A stretch of DNA of 51,290 nucleotides from an uncultured Candidatus Saccharibacteria bacterium (GTDB lineage: Bacteria > Patescibacteriota > Saccharimonadia > CAILAD01 > BJGX01). A program made the position numbers and the translations under genes. The DNA lies in contig CAYMHI010000006.1 of assembly GCA_964390265.1 (NCBI GenBank), positions 6,327 through 57,616 of the forward strand, read 5' to 3'. Under the pieces are notes generated by a model, which saw only the letters and a program-made list of their open reading frames with translations, was not told the origin of the DNA and did no database searches. Below are positions 1 through 9,499 of this stretch, piece after piece (the stretch's first letter is position 1; each line of letters starts with the position of its first letter).

Positions 1-254
1 TCGGCGTACTCTGACTCCACCTCGAGCAACACGCCTTCACCCTTGAGCTTTTCAGGCTTAATATCTTCATTTTTTAGACCCTCTGCTGAAATACCGGTGT
101 TTTTTTGAATTACCTTGCTAACCGAACGATAGGTGGTATAGGCGTAAGCACTCGATGCAACCAAGCATATCAAAAAAACTGCTAAGAGTATCTTGAGCCA
201 TATTCGTCTTTTTTTGGGTGGTTGTAATTTACTTTCAGAATTTTGAGATATCAT
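1..254 (-). CDS. Partial CDS (N-terminus only; gene runs off the window start): membrane-anchored protein
   Basis: ATG at 254..252 opens a minus-strand frame, absent from the ORF track, that stays open to position 1. It translates MISQNSESKLQPPKKRRIWLKILLAVFLICLVASSAYAYTTYRSV..., a basic stretch followed by a hydrophobic signal-anchor. It lies divergent to lepB. Confidence 0.4.
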   Translation of the reverse strand, partial: MISQNSESKLQPPKKRRIWLKILLAVFLICLVASSAYAYTTYRSVSKVIQKNTGISAEGLKNEDIKPEKLKGEGVLLEVESEYA

Positions 255-350
255 AAGATTGCAATCTAACTAATTGTAGGCTAAACGCATAAACTATTAT
301 ACCTTATTGCTTATGCATGTACGTCATTGGAGGTAATATTAAAATTAAAT

Positions 351-380
351 TCGACTTATAAGCTGTTATCTGCGTATAAT
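351..380 (+). promoter_or_regulatory. Putative sigma70 promoter of lepB (TCGACT-18-TATAAT); the -10 ends 7 nt before the ATG, so the mRNA would be leaderless or have a very short leader
   Basis: TCGACT at 351-356 and TATAAT at 375-380, with the ATG at 388. No SD lies between them; the GGAGG at 330-334 is too far upstream to serve lepB. Confidence 0.3.
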
Positions 381-387
381 ACTATAA

Positions 388-1212
388 ATGGATAGTAAAA
401 ACCAAAACACCGATTCAGATCCCAAGGCCGAAAAAACAAGCCATCATATTGGTCATGAGTTAAAATTAGGCGAAGAAATCAAACCACACGCCGAGACTAA
501 CCCGCAAGACGGAACAGTCATCAAAGACCATATAATGGTAACCGATAGTGACCAATACGAGAGTGATATAAGTAGCTTAAAAGAGCCATCCAACGATGAG
601 CAAGAAGACGAGACACCTGAAAAAAAACACTCCATTATAAAAGAGTTGTTAATTTGGGCTGCTGTGACAATTGCAATTGTTCTTATTATTCAAAATTTTA
701 TTTTTCAGGCATTTTATGTGTCTGGAAACAGCATGGAACCAGATTATCATAACGATGACTATCTCATAATTTCTAAAATACCTCTCACTACTTTTGATAT
801 TGGCAAATTTTTTGGGCAAAAAAATATCAATATCAACCGCGGGGATGTACTGGTGTTTCGCTATCCAAATGCTCCAGAAACATTCTTTATTAAGCGCGCT
901 ATTGGTTTACCCGGTGAACGAGTTACTGTAAAAAATGGCGTGGTCACTATTTATAATGACAAAAATCCACAAGGTTTGGTATTAAAAGAGTCTTATATCG
1001 ATTCTCAATACGTCACTCAAGGTGATATCGACGAGGTGGTAGAACAGGGCAAGGTTTTCGTAATGGGCGACAATCGTAGCCCGGGCGGTAGCTTTGACTC
1101 GCGCGAGTGGGGCCAATTGCCCCAGGGCAATATTACTGGCTTTGCTGCCTTGCGACTTTTACCGGTAAGTACACTAAAATTTATTACCGACCCCACATAC
1201 TCTGAACAATAA
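388..1212 (+). CDS. lepB: Signal peptidase I (S26 family) with an acidic low-complexity N-terminal extension
   Basis: SGNSMEP motif containing the catalytic Ser, plus the KR.IGLPGE and GDNRSPGGSFDSREWG boxes. A TM anchor precedes the catalytic domain. Confidence 0.9.
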   Translation: MDSKNQNTDSDPKAEKTSHHIGHELKLGEEIKPHAETNPQDGTVIKDHIMVTDSDQYESDISSLKEPSNDEQEDETPEKKHSIIKELLIWAAVTIAIVLIIQNFIFQAFYVSGNSMEPDYHNDDYLIISKIPLTTFDIGKFFGQKNININRGDVLVFRYPNAPETFFIKRAIGLPGERVTVKNGVVTIYNDKNPQGLVLKESYIDSQYVTQGDIDEVVEQGKVFVMGDNRSPGGSFDSREWGQLPQGNITGFAALRLLPVSTLKFITDPTYSEQ

Positions 1213-1234
1213 TTTTTAACTAATAATAATTGTT

Positions 1235-2154
1235 TTATACTGTCGGTTCAGTACCGGTAATAGTGGCAAAAATACGGGCCAGCTCTTCGTCTGAATAGTA
1301 TTCTATTTGTAGCTTGCCGCCCTTAGCAGTTTTGTGAAGACTTACTTTGGTGCCTAAATATTTACCAAGGTCTTGGGTAAGCTTTCGTTGTGGTGCCTCG
1401 GCCTCTTTTACCTTGCTCCGTTTAATTTCTACGCCAGACTTAAATTCTCTAATTAAAGTTTCGGCGTGACGAACTGTTAAATTGTGCTTGATAATGTAAT
1501 TGAGAAACTGATCTTGTTTGACTGGGTCGGTTAATGAAAGAAGGGTGCGAGCATGGCCTTCGGTAATAATACCCTCATTGAGAGCAGTCTTGGCCTTGTG
1601 GGTAAGGTTTTGTAAACGAATAATGTTAGTAATAGTAGATGTTGCCTTACCCACCGACTCACCAATTTTTTCGTGAGTCATATTAAACTGATCAACTAAT
1701 TTTTGGTATGCCACTGACTGCTCTAATGGTTTTAAATCTGAACGCTGAACATTTTCAATTAAGGCTACCTCGAGCTGTTGTTGCTCATTATAGGTACGCA
1801 CTATTACTGGTACACTAGTAAGCCCTGCCAGTTTGGCGGCACGCAAGCGGCGCTCACCAGCTACTAAATTGTATTTCCAGTCGTTTTCTGCGGTAACAAT
1901 AAGTGGCTGTATAATACCGTATTGTTTAATGCTCTCGGCCAACTCTTGCAGCTCTTCTTCTTCAAAATCGGTACGGGGCTGGTAGGGATTGGCGTCAATG
2001 TTTTCTATAGGAATCTCAGTAACAGTCTTACTACTTACGCGCACCTCTTGTGGAAGTGTGTCAGATGCAAACTCATCCACCTGATCAATTTGATCTGGAA
2101 TAAGTGAATCTAGGCCCTTGCCCAGTCTACTGCTACTTGCTTGGTTGTTCGACA
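1235..2154 (-). CDS. parB: Chromosome partitioning protein ParB/Spo0J
   Basis: Contains the GERRLRAAKLAG ParB box, the N-terminal GKGLDSLIP motif and an HTH region. The ORF extends to 2221, but a GTG at 2154 preceded by AGGAGA is the likely start. Either way it overlaps the 3' end of parA. Confidence 0.85.
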
Positions 2155-2903
2155 CGCCTAGTGATCTCCTTAGTAAGCTTTTTATATGCGAATGCACCTC
2201 TGCAAAACTTATCGTAAGCATAAATGGGTTTGCCGTGCGACGGTGCTTCTGCTAATCGTATATTGCGCGGTACTGTAGTGTCAAATAATAACTTGCCAAA
2301 ATGCTTGTTGAGCTCACTCATCACCGCCGAGCTTAGGCTGGTGCGACCATCGTGCATAGTTACTACCACACCCAGCAACTTTAGACTGGGGTTGAGTGCG
2401 GCACGTACTCGCTTAACAGTATTTAGCAGTTGGCCCAGACCTTCTAAGGCATAATACTCGGCCTGTGCAGGTATAAGTAAATAGTTAGCTGCTACCAAGC
2501 CGTTAATTGTGAGTAGCCCCAAGGATGGTGGGCAATCAATAATTATATAATCATAATCAAGCCCTTGAAGAATAGTTTTGAGTACAAACTCTCGGCTTTG
2601 GCGACGCGCCAGCTCAATCTCGGCAGCGGCGAGGTGTGAGTTGGCCGGTAAAATTGCCAGGTTTTTATACTCAGTTTCAACAATACAGTTTTGAGCTAAA
2701 ACACTCCCTTGCAACACATTGTATATACTGTGCTGCAACTCGGCTTTATTAATGCCCAATCCACTCGAGCTATTTCCTTGAGGGTCTAAATCTATCAATA
2801 GAGTAGATTTACCCATTTTGGCTAAATAAGCCGCAACATTGATTGCAGTAGTTGTTTTGCCCACGCCGCCTTTTTGGTTCGCAATTGCAATACAATGCGC
2901 CAC
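2133..2903 (-). CDS. parA: ParA/Soj family partitioning ATPase
   Basis: Deviant Walker A KGGVGKTTTAINVAAYLA and 256 aa. It sits immediately upstream of parB on the same strand. Confidence 0.92.
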   Translation of the reverse strand: MAHCIAIANQKGGVGKTTTAINVAAYLAKMGKSTLLIDLDPQGNSSSGLGINKAELQHSIYNVLQGSVLAQNCIVETEYKNLAILPANSHLAAAEIELARRQSREFVLKTILQGLDYDYIIIDCPPSLGLLTINGLVAANYLLIPAQAEYYALEGLGQLLNTVKRVRAALNPSLKLLGVVVTMHDGRTSLSSAVMSELNKHFGKLLFDTTVPRNIRLAEAPSHGKPIYAYDKFCRGAFAYKKLTKEITRRVEQPSK

Positions 2904-3092
2904 TTTTTGTTTTGCCTCCCTCGGTGTATTATTCTTAAGTTAAGTGTAGCATATCTCGAGCATTTTTTTCAAGTAATGCGAAACTTTGGCGAACACTAGC
3001 ACCAACTGTATCTCTACTCTTTACAAATAGCTGTATATTTGCTACAATTGTGCATTAGTAACCAATATCTATAAGGTATATACAAAAAAACT

Positions 3093-3401
3093 ATGTTAGC
3101 AGTAATAGAAACCGGATCAAAACAATATATTGTAGAAAAAGGCCAAACACTTGAGGTTGAGCTTTTACATAACGAAAAACCAGAAGTTGAGTTTAAGCCT
3201 CTACTAATTATCGATGGTGAGAACATTAAGGTAGGTAAGCCAATTGTGGCCGGTGCTCTGGTAAAAGCCAGTGTTGCCGACGAAGTAGTAAAAGGTAAAA
3301 AGCAAGTAATATTGCACTACAAGGCCAAAAAACGACAAAGCACCAAGACTGGTCACCGTCAAAAGTACTCAGCCATTACTATTACCGATATAAAAGCTTA
3401 G
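3093..3401 (+). CDS. rplU: 50S ribosomal protein L21
   Basis: MLAVIETGSKQYIVEKGQTLEVE... matches the L21 N-terminus (MYAVI.TGGKQY.V) over 102 aa. No rpmA follows it. Confidence 0.9.
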   Translation: MLAVIETGSKQYIVEKGQTLEVELLHNEKPEVEFKPLLIIDGENIKVGKPIVAGALVKASVADEVVKGKKQVILHYKAKKRQSTKTGHRQKYSAITITDIKA

Positions 3402-3516
3402 AATTTCAAATAAATTACGCCCTCCAAGACATCCCAAACATGATTTGGATGAAATGATATCTATTCATATTTTTATTGATACATTTTTAAGATCTCAAAA
3501 TCTTCTTTAAATGTAA

Positions 3517-4986
3517 TTATTTGCAGGCTTCTACCAATGGATCACCAACTATACGTGCTTGCATCCAAGCCAAGGTGTCTTTTAAGCTGGCGTTCATAGT
3601 TTGATAATGATCTACTAAACCAGTAGGATTGTAGCCCTGTATCGCATAGGGGCTAGTATTGTATTCTTTTAAATTTACTTGGTTACCAGATTGGCATAAC
3701 CTAACATAACTAGCACGGTTTTGGCGTGGCAATACAACGTTGTCGTGTAGCCCTTGATTAATTAACTTGGGTGTTGTGGTTTTTATTGGGCCAACTAGGT
3801 TTGACTCCATATCAGCCTGAAACTGTGAATATATAGGATTGCTAGCAATATTGCCGGACTGAGCAGCCTTAATAAACTCGGGTGTGTATATTTTGGCAGA
3901 TCTATTAACGCCTATATTGTTGGGCCAGTATTGATTAACGCTGTCAATGCATTCCCTAGTAGAGTCGGCCTCAATTGTTTTGTTCCAGGGTGGCATAATA
4001 ATCTTATTGACGGGATAGCTGCGCTTATACCAGTCTTGATAGCTAGTGAGTACGAATGGGCCAAACCAATTAATGTTGGCATTATTAACAATAGCATCTG
4101 TTAGTGTCTCGTTTACGCTAGTAACTGGGCCAAACCCTATACTGCCTTTTAATTTAATATCTGGTGCATACTTGTCTGCAATAGCATCGGCCCAGAATGC
4201 GGCGTGTCCACCTTGGCTGTAACCACCCGTAAAAATAGCCTCGTCATTGATACTGTTTTTGCTGCTATCTAGATTATACAAAGCTCTAATACCATCTAAA
4301 ACAACCCTACCCTCAATGTCACCTACCATATAATGATGAACTCTGGCAGGATCTCGCATGCCCTCATAATCAGCTACCACTACCGCATACCCCTGGCTAG
4401 CGTATGCCGCCATTAGGCTGTCGTAATTTGCCCAATTTCTTTTTTGAGGTTGTTCCAAACTAGCAGCACAGCCATCGCCAATTCCAGTAGTACCGGTAGC
4501 AAAAGAAAGGACGGGTAGTTTTTTACCCTTGGCATCGGCGGGTAAATAAACCTTTGCATAAATTGGAATATCGCTAGTATTACCATCTGAGCTAGTATAG
4601 CTTATAACTTGTTTGGTCATACCGGTGTTTACTGGTAGATCAAAATTACGATTGGTTTGTTTTATTAAAGCTTGAGTTTGGGCAGCAGATAATACTTGCT
4701 CTGGCTCGGTGGAAATAATTTTGCCAGTTGTTATGGCCGGTGGTTTGGTTTGTTCTACCTGTTGTGCCGGGGTGTTGTGAATAACATTTCGGGCATCTAC
4801 GTAGGCTTTCCAACGCAGCCATCCCCCCAAAGCAATCATAATAAATATTTCAATTCCTAGTATTATAAAAAGTTTTTTGTTTATTTTTTTATTATTAGAT
4901 TTGCTATTAGCATCAGGTAGAGTTCTGTTACTTAGCGACTGTTTATTGGTATTATTACTCATATTAACGTGATTATTTTTTTTCAT
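3517..4986 (-). CDS. Secreted or membrane-anchored alpha/beta hydrolase, secretory-lipase (LIP)-like
   Basis: N-terminal TM anchor followed by a GYSQGG nucleophile elbow (GxSxG) in a roughly 400-aa extracytoplasmic domain. Confidence 0.55.
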   Translation of the reverse strand: MKKNNHVNMSNNTNKQSLSNRTLPDANSKSNNKKINKKLFIILGIEIFIMIALGGWLRWKAYVDARNVIHNTPAQQVEQTKPPAITTGKIISTEPEQVLSAAQTQALIKQTNRNFDLPVNTGMTKQVISYTSSDGNTSDIPIYAKVYLPADAKGKKLPVLSFATGTTGIGDGCAASLEQPQKRNWANYDSLMAAYASQGYAVVVADYEGMRDPARVHHYMVGDIEGRVVLDGIRALYNLDSSKNSINDEAIFTGGYSQGGHAAFWADAIADKYAPDIKLKGSIGFGPVTSVNETLTDAIVNNANINWFGPFVLTSYQDWYKRSYPVNKIIMPPWNKTIEADSTRECIDSVNQYWPNNIGVNRSAKIYTPEFIKAAQSGNIASNPIYSQFQADMESNLVGPIKTTTPKLINQGLHDNVVLPRQNRASYVRLCQSGNQVNLKEYNTSPYAIQGYNPTGLVDHYQTMNASLKDTLAWMQARIVGDPLVEACK

Positions 4987-5462
4987 AATTCACCTTTTAC
5001 CATTAAATACATATCTACATTATAATCTACGTTAGAAATTATTCTATCTATATTGTAACCAGCTCGCTCATAAAAATGCTGTTGATTATGGGTTACTAAT
5101 TGAATTGATGCGACACCCCCTTTTTTTAATGTAAGTTCTGTTTCACTCAATAAAAGCTGTCCCAATTGTTTTTTGCGCAATACCGGATCAATGTATAACC
5201 AGTACAAAAAGGCTTGAGTATTGTCTTTTTGTATGCCCGCTATTGAATAACCTTTGAGGCTGTTACCATCATAAATGCCAGTATATAAGCGCTTGGGATG
5301 TAGAGCGCCAAGACATAGCCTTGTTACATTGTTAGTACGACGCACATTCTGACGATATTCAGGCGAAAAATATGCAAAATCTTTTTCTAGTGCTTGATCA
5401 AAGAGATTGTAGAGTTTACCTCCATGAACAAATGGTATTTTTTTGATAAGTATATTTGTCAT
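4983..5462 (-). CDS. GNAT family N-acetyltransferase
   Basis: LYWLYIDPVLRKKQLGQLLL fits the acetyl-CoA binding motif A (R/Q-x-x-G-x-G/A) in a 159-aa protein. It overlaps the upstream gene by 4 nt. Confidence 0.55.
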   Translation of the reverse strand: MTNILIKKIPFVHGGKLYNLFDQALEKDFAYFSPEYRQNVRRTNNVTRLCLGALHPKRLYTGIYDGNSLKGYSIAGIQKDNTQAFLYWLYIDPVLRKKQLGQLLLSETELTLKKGGVASIQLVTHNQQHFYERAGYNIDRIISNVDYNVDMYLMVKGEL

Positions 5463-5504
5463 ATAAAGAATATGCCTAAGTGAATTAGTCGATGATATTG
5501 CAAG

Positions 5505-6437
5505 CTATAAATTGGCAATATAGTGTTCAGCCTCTAAGGCGGCTTTACAGCCCTCGCCGGCAGCTGTAATAGCTTGTCTATAGCGCGAGTCGGCAACATC
5601 GCCGGCAGCAAATACTCCAGCCACTCTAGTAGTTGTATCTGGCTTGGTCTTTAAATATTTTTTTTCGTCAAGTTCCAAAACACCTTCAAAGAGTTTTGTA
5701 GCCGGGGTGTGGCCTATAGCCACGAATAAGCCTTCACATTTAAATTCTGATATTTTATCATTTTTGGTATCTTTGAGCTTTACACCCTCTACAAAATCTT
5801 TACCTAATACATCTACAATCGTTGCATTCCAGATAATATTAATTTTCTTGTGTTCTTTTACACGGTCTTGCATAATCTTGCTGGCTCTAAATTCGTCGCG
5901 ACGATGTACTATAGTAACTTTGCTAGCAAATTTTGCCAGCGTGAGAGCCTCTTCCATGGCGCTATCGCCACCGCCAGCAACCACCACATGTTTATCGGTA
6001 AAGAAAAAACCATCACAGGTAGCACAGGCCGAAATGCCCCTACCCATTAACCGTTGCTCGTTTTCTAAGCCCAACCAGTTAGCACTGGCGCCAGTAGAAA
6101 TTATTATCGTCTTGGCGTTATACTCATCACCCCCTACCCAAACCTTTTTAACTTTGCCTTTAAAATCTATCTTTGTTACAAAGTCTGCGCGAAACTCGGT
6201 GCCAAAACGCAAAGCCTGTGACTTCATCTCTTTCATCAGTTCTGGACCCATAATGCCGTCTTTAAATCCTGGAAAATTCTCTACCTCTGATGTAAGTAGT
6301 AACTGACCACCCGGCGTATCACCTGCCAGCATAAGTGTCGATAAATTTGCTCTGGCGGTATAAATTGCAGCCGTGTAGCCAGCCGGACCGGCGCCAATAA
6401 TAATTACATCGTACGATTTGTTCGATTGTTTGCTCAT
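5505..6437 (-). CDS. trxB: Thioredoxin-disulfide reductase
   Basis: FAD site IIIGAGPAGYTAA, redox-active CATCDGFFF, NADPH site VVAGGGDSAMEEA and 310 aa. A TATAAT lies 9 nt before the ATG with no SD. Confidence 0.92.
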   Translation of the reverse strand: MSKQSNKSYDVIIIGAGPAGYTAAIYTARANLSTLMLAGDTPGGQLLLTSEVENFPGFKDGIMGPELMKEMKSQALRFGTEFRADFVTKIDFKGKVKKVWVGGDEYNAKTIIISTGASANWLGLENEQRLMGRGISACATCDGFFFTDKHVVVAGGGDSAMEEALTLAKFASKVTIVHRRDEFRASKIMQDRVKEHKKINIIWNATIVDVLGKDFVEGVKLKDTKNDKISEFKCEGLFVAIGHTPATKLFEGVLELDEKKYLKTKPDTTTRVAGVFAAGDVADSRYRQAITAAGEGCKAALEAEHYIANL

Positions 6438-6502
6438 AGAAATCTTATTATACCAAAATAATTGGTGAATATTTATATTCGAATTAAAGTTTTAAAAATC
6501 TT

Positions 6503-7279
6503 TTATGGTCTAAGCGTACCAGCAAAAACTTGCCAAGCTAAAGCTGACTTTGCAACTAAGCTAAGAATAATGTAGGCTCGTTCGCCGTAAAGGTAATCGC
6601 GCCAAGGACCAATCTTTTTGTATTGCAATACCATATTGATAGCGAAACAATTGAAAAATATAAATAAGCTTACAAATATGTAGTAAACAAAGGTTGGTAT
6701 TTTGGCATCACCTACGCCAAACTGCGCCGAAGCCCAAAAAGTTAGTGCTATACCTATCCATGGTATTATACCCGCCAAACTACCTATCCAAAAACTCAAC
6801 CAACTAGTCTTTTTGGTAGTTTGATTATGCACTTCCATTATTAAGCCACACAAATTCATTACGGCTGTTAAGGCAAATAATGCTAGAAGCGTTACTATGT
6901 CATAAATACCTGTAAGCATGGCAATGGCTACTATCATAGTACTGGCACTTACGCTATATTCTATCCAACGAGCTCGGTTCATACCTTTTGCAAGATCGGC
7001 CTCATAGCCCTTGCGCCAAACTGTGGTGATTATTAAATGTGCAATTCCGCTCATAAACAAAAAGGCCACAACAAGGTAGGCCAAATTGATATTAAATAGC
7101 GTTTTGGTGACCGGCGCCAAAGTTCGAGTAGCTACATCAAACTGCAAAAAAGTAGTTGTTACGGGCAAAGTAAAGCTTTTACTCAAATACAATATTAATC
7201 CAGCTTGGGCAAAATGCAGTGCAGCCGCCACAAGATTTAAATTACGCAATTTTTTCATTGAAATTTTCGATTCAGCCAC
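6503..7279 (-). CDS. Heliorhodopsin (7-TM retinal protein with inverted topology)
   Basis: Strong similarity to heliorhodopsin 48C12 as I recall it. RWIEYSVSASTMIV matches RWVEYSLSSSVMIV, which contains the counterion Glu. GERAYIILSLVAKSALAWQVFAGTL matches GERAYIVLSLVAKSALAWQIFSGTL, which contains the Schiff-base Lys. AAGGAG sits 6 nt before the ATG. Confidence 0.85.
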   Translation of the reverse strand: MAESKISMKKLRNLNLVAAALHFAQAGLILYLSKSFTLPVTTTFLQFDVATRTLAPVTKTLFNINLAYLVVAFLFMSGIAHLIITTVWRKGYEADLAKGMNRARWIEYSVSASTMIVAIAMLTGIYDIVTLLALFALTAVMNLCGLIMEVHNQTTKKTSWLSFWIGSLAGIIPWIGIALTFWASAQFGVGDAKIPTFVYYIFVSLFIFFNCFAINMVLQYKKIGPWRDYLYGERAYIILSLVAKSALAWQVFAGTLRP

Positions 7280-7369
7280 TATATGCTCCTTAAAAATTAA
7301 TTAAATTTATTGTAACATAACTGCAATAGCTATGTGATATAATAAGGTTAGATTAATAAGGAGATAACT

Positions 7370-7750
7370 ATGACAGGATTTGTAACAAACATTGAAAAAG
7401 ATACTCTTGAAAACGACAATTTTCGTAAGGTGCTGTATACAGCTAAGCATATGCAACTGGTAGTAATGAGTATAAATGTAGGTGAAGAAATCGGTTTAGA
7501 AACTCACCCCGAGCACGATCAGTTCATTAGAGTGGATGCTGGCAGTGCTAAAGCTATTTTAAATGGCGAAGAATCAGAACTTACCGATGGTAGCTGTGTA
7601 ATTATTCCGGCTGGCGTAGAGCACAATATCGTCAACACTGGCGAAGATAAACTCAAACTATACACTATCTACTCACCCCCAGAACACCCCGATGGTACAG
7701 TGCACGCCACTAAGGCCGACGCCATGGCTGACCCTCACGAACAGCACTAG
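7370..7750 (+). CDS. Cupin domain protein
   Basis: 126 aa with cupin His/Glu motifs (G.E.GLETHPEHDQF...PAGVEHN). Strong SD AAGGAGA and an extended -10 TGaTATAAT lie upstream. Confidence 0.7.
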   Translation: MTGFVTNIEKDTLENDNFRKVLYTAKHMQLVVMSINVGEEIGLETHPEHDQFIRVDAGSAKAILNGEESELTDGSCVIIPAGVEHNIVNTGEDKLKLYTIYSPPEHPDGTVHATKADAMADPHEQH

Positions 7751-7803
7751 GAGTTATAAAATTCCCACGGATACTGGCAGGTTTCTGATACAATAGAATC
7801 CTT

Positions 7804-8985
7804 ATGCAAAAACTTTCAACTCAACAAGCTGAGGCCTTGAGCGCTATTGGTGCGTGGCTAAAAGCTTACGATAAAGACAAACAGCCAGCCTATCTGACCC
7901 TAGGTGGTTATGCCGGCACGGGCAAAACCACGCTTATAGCCTCACTAAGACAAGTTTTGGCTACTAATCGGCCCGAGATGCGCTTAGCTTTTGCAGCCTT
8001 TACCGGTAAGGCCGCTCAAGTACTAAAAAAACGCCTGCGAGAACAAAAGACTTTAAAACGTGGCGATTCGGTCTCTACCCTGCACTCACTTATTTACTAT
8101 TCAGATAGCAAACCGGGCGACATACCTAGTTGGCGTAAAAAGTCTGAGATAAAGTACGACCTAATAATTATTGACGAGGCCAGTATGGTTAGCGAAGATT
8201 TATGGCGCGATTTGCTTAGTTTTGGTGTGCCTATTCTGGCCGTGGGCGATCATGGACAATTGCCACCAATTAATTCCGAGTTTAGCTTAATGGCAGAGCC
8301 TCAGCTACGATTAGAGCAAATATGGCGTCAAGCTGTAGACAGCCCAATTATTAAGTTAGCTACTAGTGCGCGTACAACTGGCAGAATAGACGTAGGTACT
8401 TATAGCCCTTATGTGCTTAAGCTCGACCGAGCCAATCCTGAAACAGGCGACAAAATTGAAGAAATACTACGTTCACATAATGCTGATACGCTGGTTTTAT
8501 GCGGTTATAATCATACTCGCCAAAAACTTAATAACCATGTGCGGGAACTCAAAGGCTACGAATCTATTGAGCCATCACGCGGCGACACGATAGTTTGCTT
8601 ACGTAACAGTCGAGAAAGTGGATTAAGTAACGGCCAAATAGGCACCATAGATATGATATCTGAAGCTGACAAGGACAAAAAGGGTGAGTGGTGGTACATA
8701 GAAGCCGTTTTTGATGGTGCTCGTTTTGAAGGCTATGCCCCGCGTGAACAATTTGGTGCCCAAACCACAATTGGGCGATTACCCAAAAGACCCAAGGGTG
8801 ATTTAGTAGGCCTTTTTGATTTTGGCTACGGCCTAACTGTACACAAAGCGCAAGGCTCGCAGGCCAAGCGCGTACTGGTATTTGAAGAAAGATTCGCCAA
8901 GATGAACGACGATGAGTGGTGTAAGTGGTTATATACAGCAGTTACTCGGGCTGAAGAAGAGCTCTATATTGTTGGTAATCAATAA
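7804..8985 (+). CDS. RecD/Dda-like SF1 DNA helicase (AAA_30 plus UvrD_C_2 type)
   Basis: Walker A GYAGTGKTT, Walker B IIIDEASMV, and the C-terminal VHKAQGSQ motif typical of RecD/TraA-like helicases. 393 aa. Confidence 0.7.
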   Translation: MQKLSTQQAEALSAIGAWLKAYDKDKQPAYLTLGGYAGTGKTTLIASLRQVLATNRPEMRLAFAAFTGKAAQVLKKRLREQKTLKRGDSVSTLHSLIYYSDSKPGDIPSWRKKSEIKYDLIIIDEASMVSEDLWRDLLSFGVPILAVGDHGQLPPINSEFSLMAEPQLRLEQIWRQAVDSPIIKLATSARTTGRIDVGTYSPYVLKLDRANPETGDKIEEILRSHNADTLVLCGYNHTRQKLNNHVRELKGYESIEPSRGDTIVCLRNSRESGLSNGQIGTIDMISEADKDKKGEWWYIEAVFDGARFEGYAPREQFGAQTTIGRLPKRPKGDLVGLFDFGYGLTVHKAQGSQAKRVLVFEERFAKMNDDEWCKWLYTAVTRAEEELYIVGNQ

Positions 8986-9018
8986 AAAAGCCTACCAGTT
9001 ATTGGTAAGCATTAATTC

Positions 9019-9414
9019 TTAAGTTACTGCAATCGGTTGGGGATCCCAAGTATAATAACCATTGCTATGATAGCCAGTATGCCCTGCCTGAAAAATACAA
9101 TGCGCCGTAAAGGGTTTTGTTAATCCAATTTCACTACTAAACACGTGGGTGCTTCTACATATTCTCAGGCGGAGTAGAGCATCAATTTCAGACTCTTCTA
9201 CTAAAACCCATCTACCTTTATCACCAAGATCCATCCTTTGTTTAGCACGCAATAAGACTGTACTTCTAGGGTCATCAGTTGGGAAAAGGTACTCCAGTCC
9301 GTCAAATGGACCCACCGGCCATGGAGTTTTTGCATCACCCCAGCGACGCGTTTTTTCATCTGGGCTATCGCCACCAGTATTATCCCAAACCTCTATAGCA
9401 CCTGAATCGCTCAT
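9019..9414 (-). CDS. Hypothetical protein
   Basis: 131-aa ORF with an AAAGG SD upstream and no recognisable domain. Confidence 0.45.
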   Translation of the reverse strand: MSDSGAIEVWDNTGGDSPDEKTRRWGDAKTPWPVGPFDGLEYLFPTDDPRSTVLLRAKQRMDLGDKGRWVLVEESEIDALLRLRICRSTHVFSSEIGLTKPFTAHCIFQAGHTGYHSNGYYTWDPQPIAVT

Positions 9415-9499
9415 AGGTCGCCTTTCGCGTTGAGTTTGATGACCAGGTTATTCTAGACTATACAAGCAATTTTATCAACAATAATTAATAAGCGCATAA

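Noticed and set aside
330-336. GGAGGT upstream of lepB as its ribosome-binding site
   Set aside because: It lies 52 nt before the ATG with no alternative start nearby, which is too far to function as an SD.
5644-6306. 220-aa plus-strand ORF antisense to trxB
   Set aside because: Low-complexity Ser/Leu/Pro-rich translation. It is completely embedded in the well-supported trxB gene.
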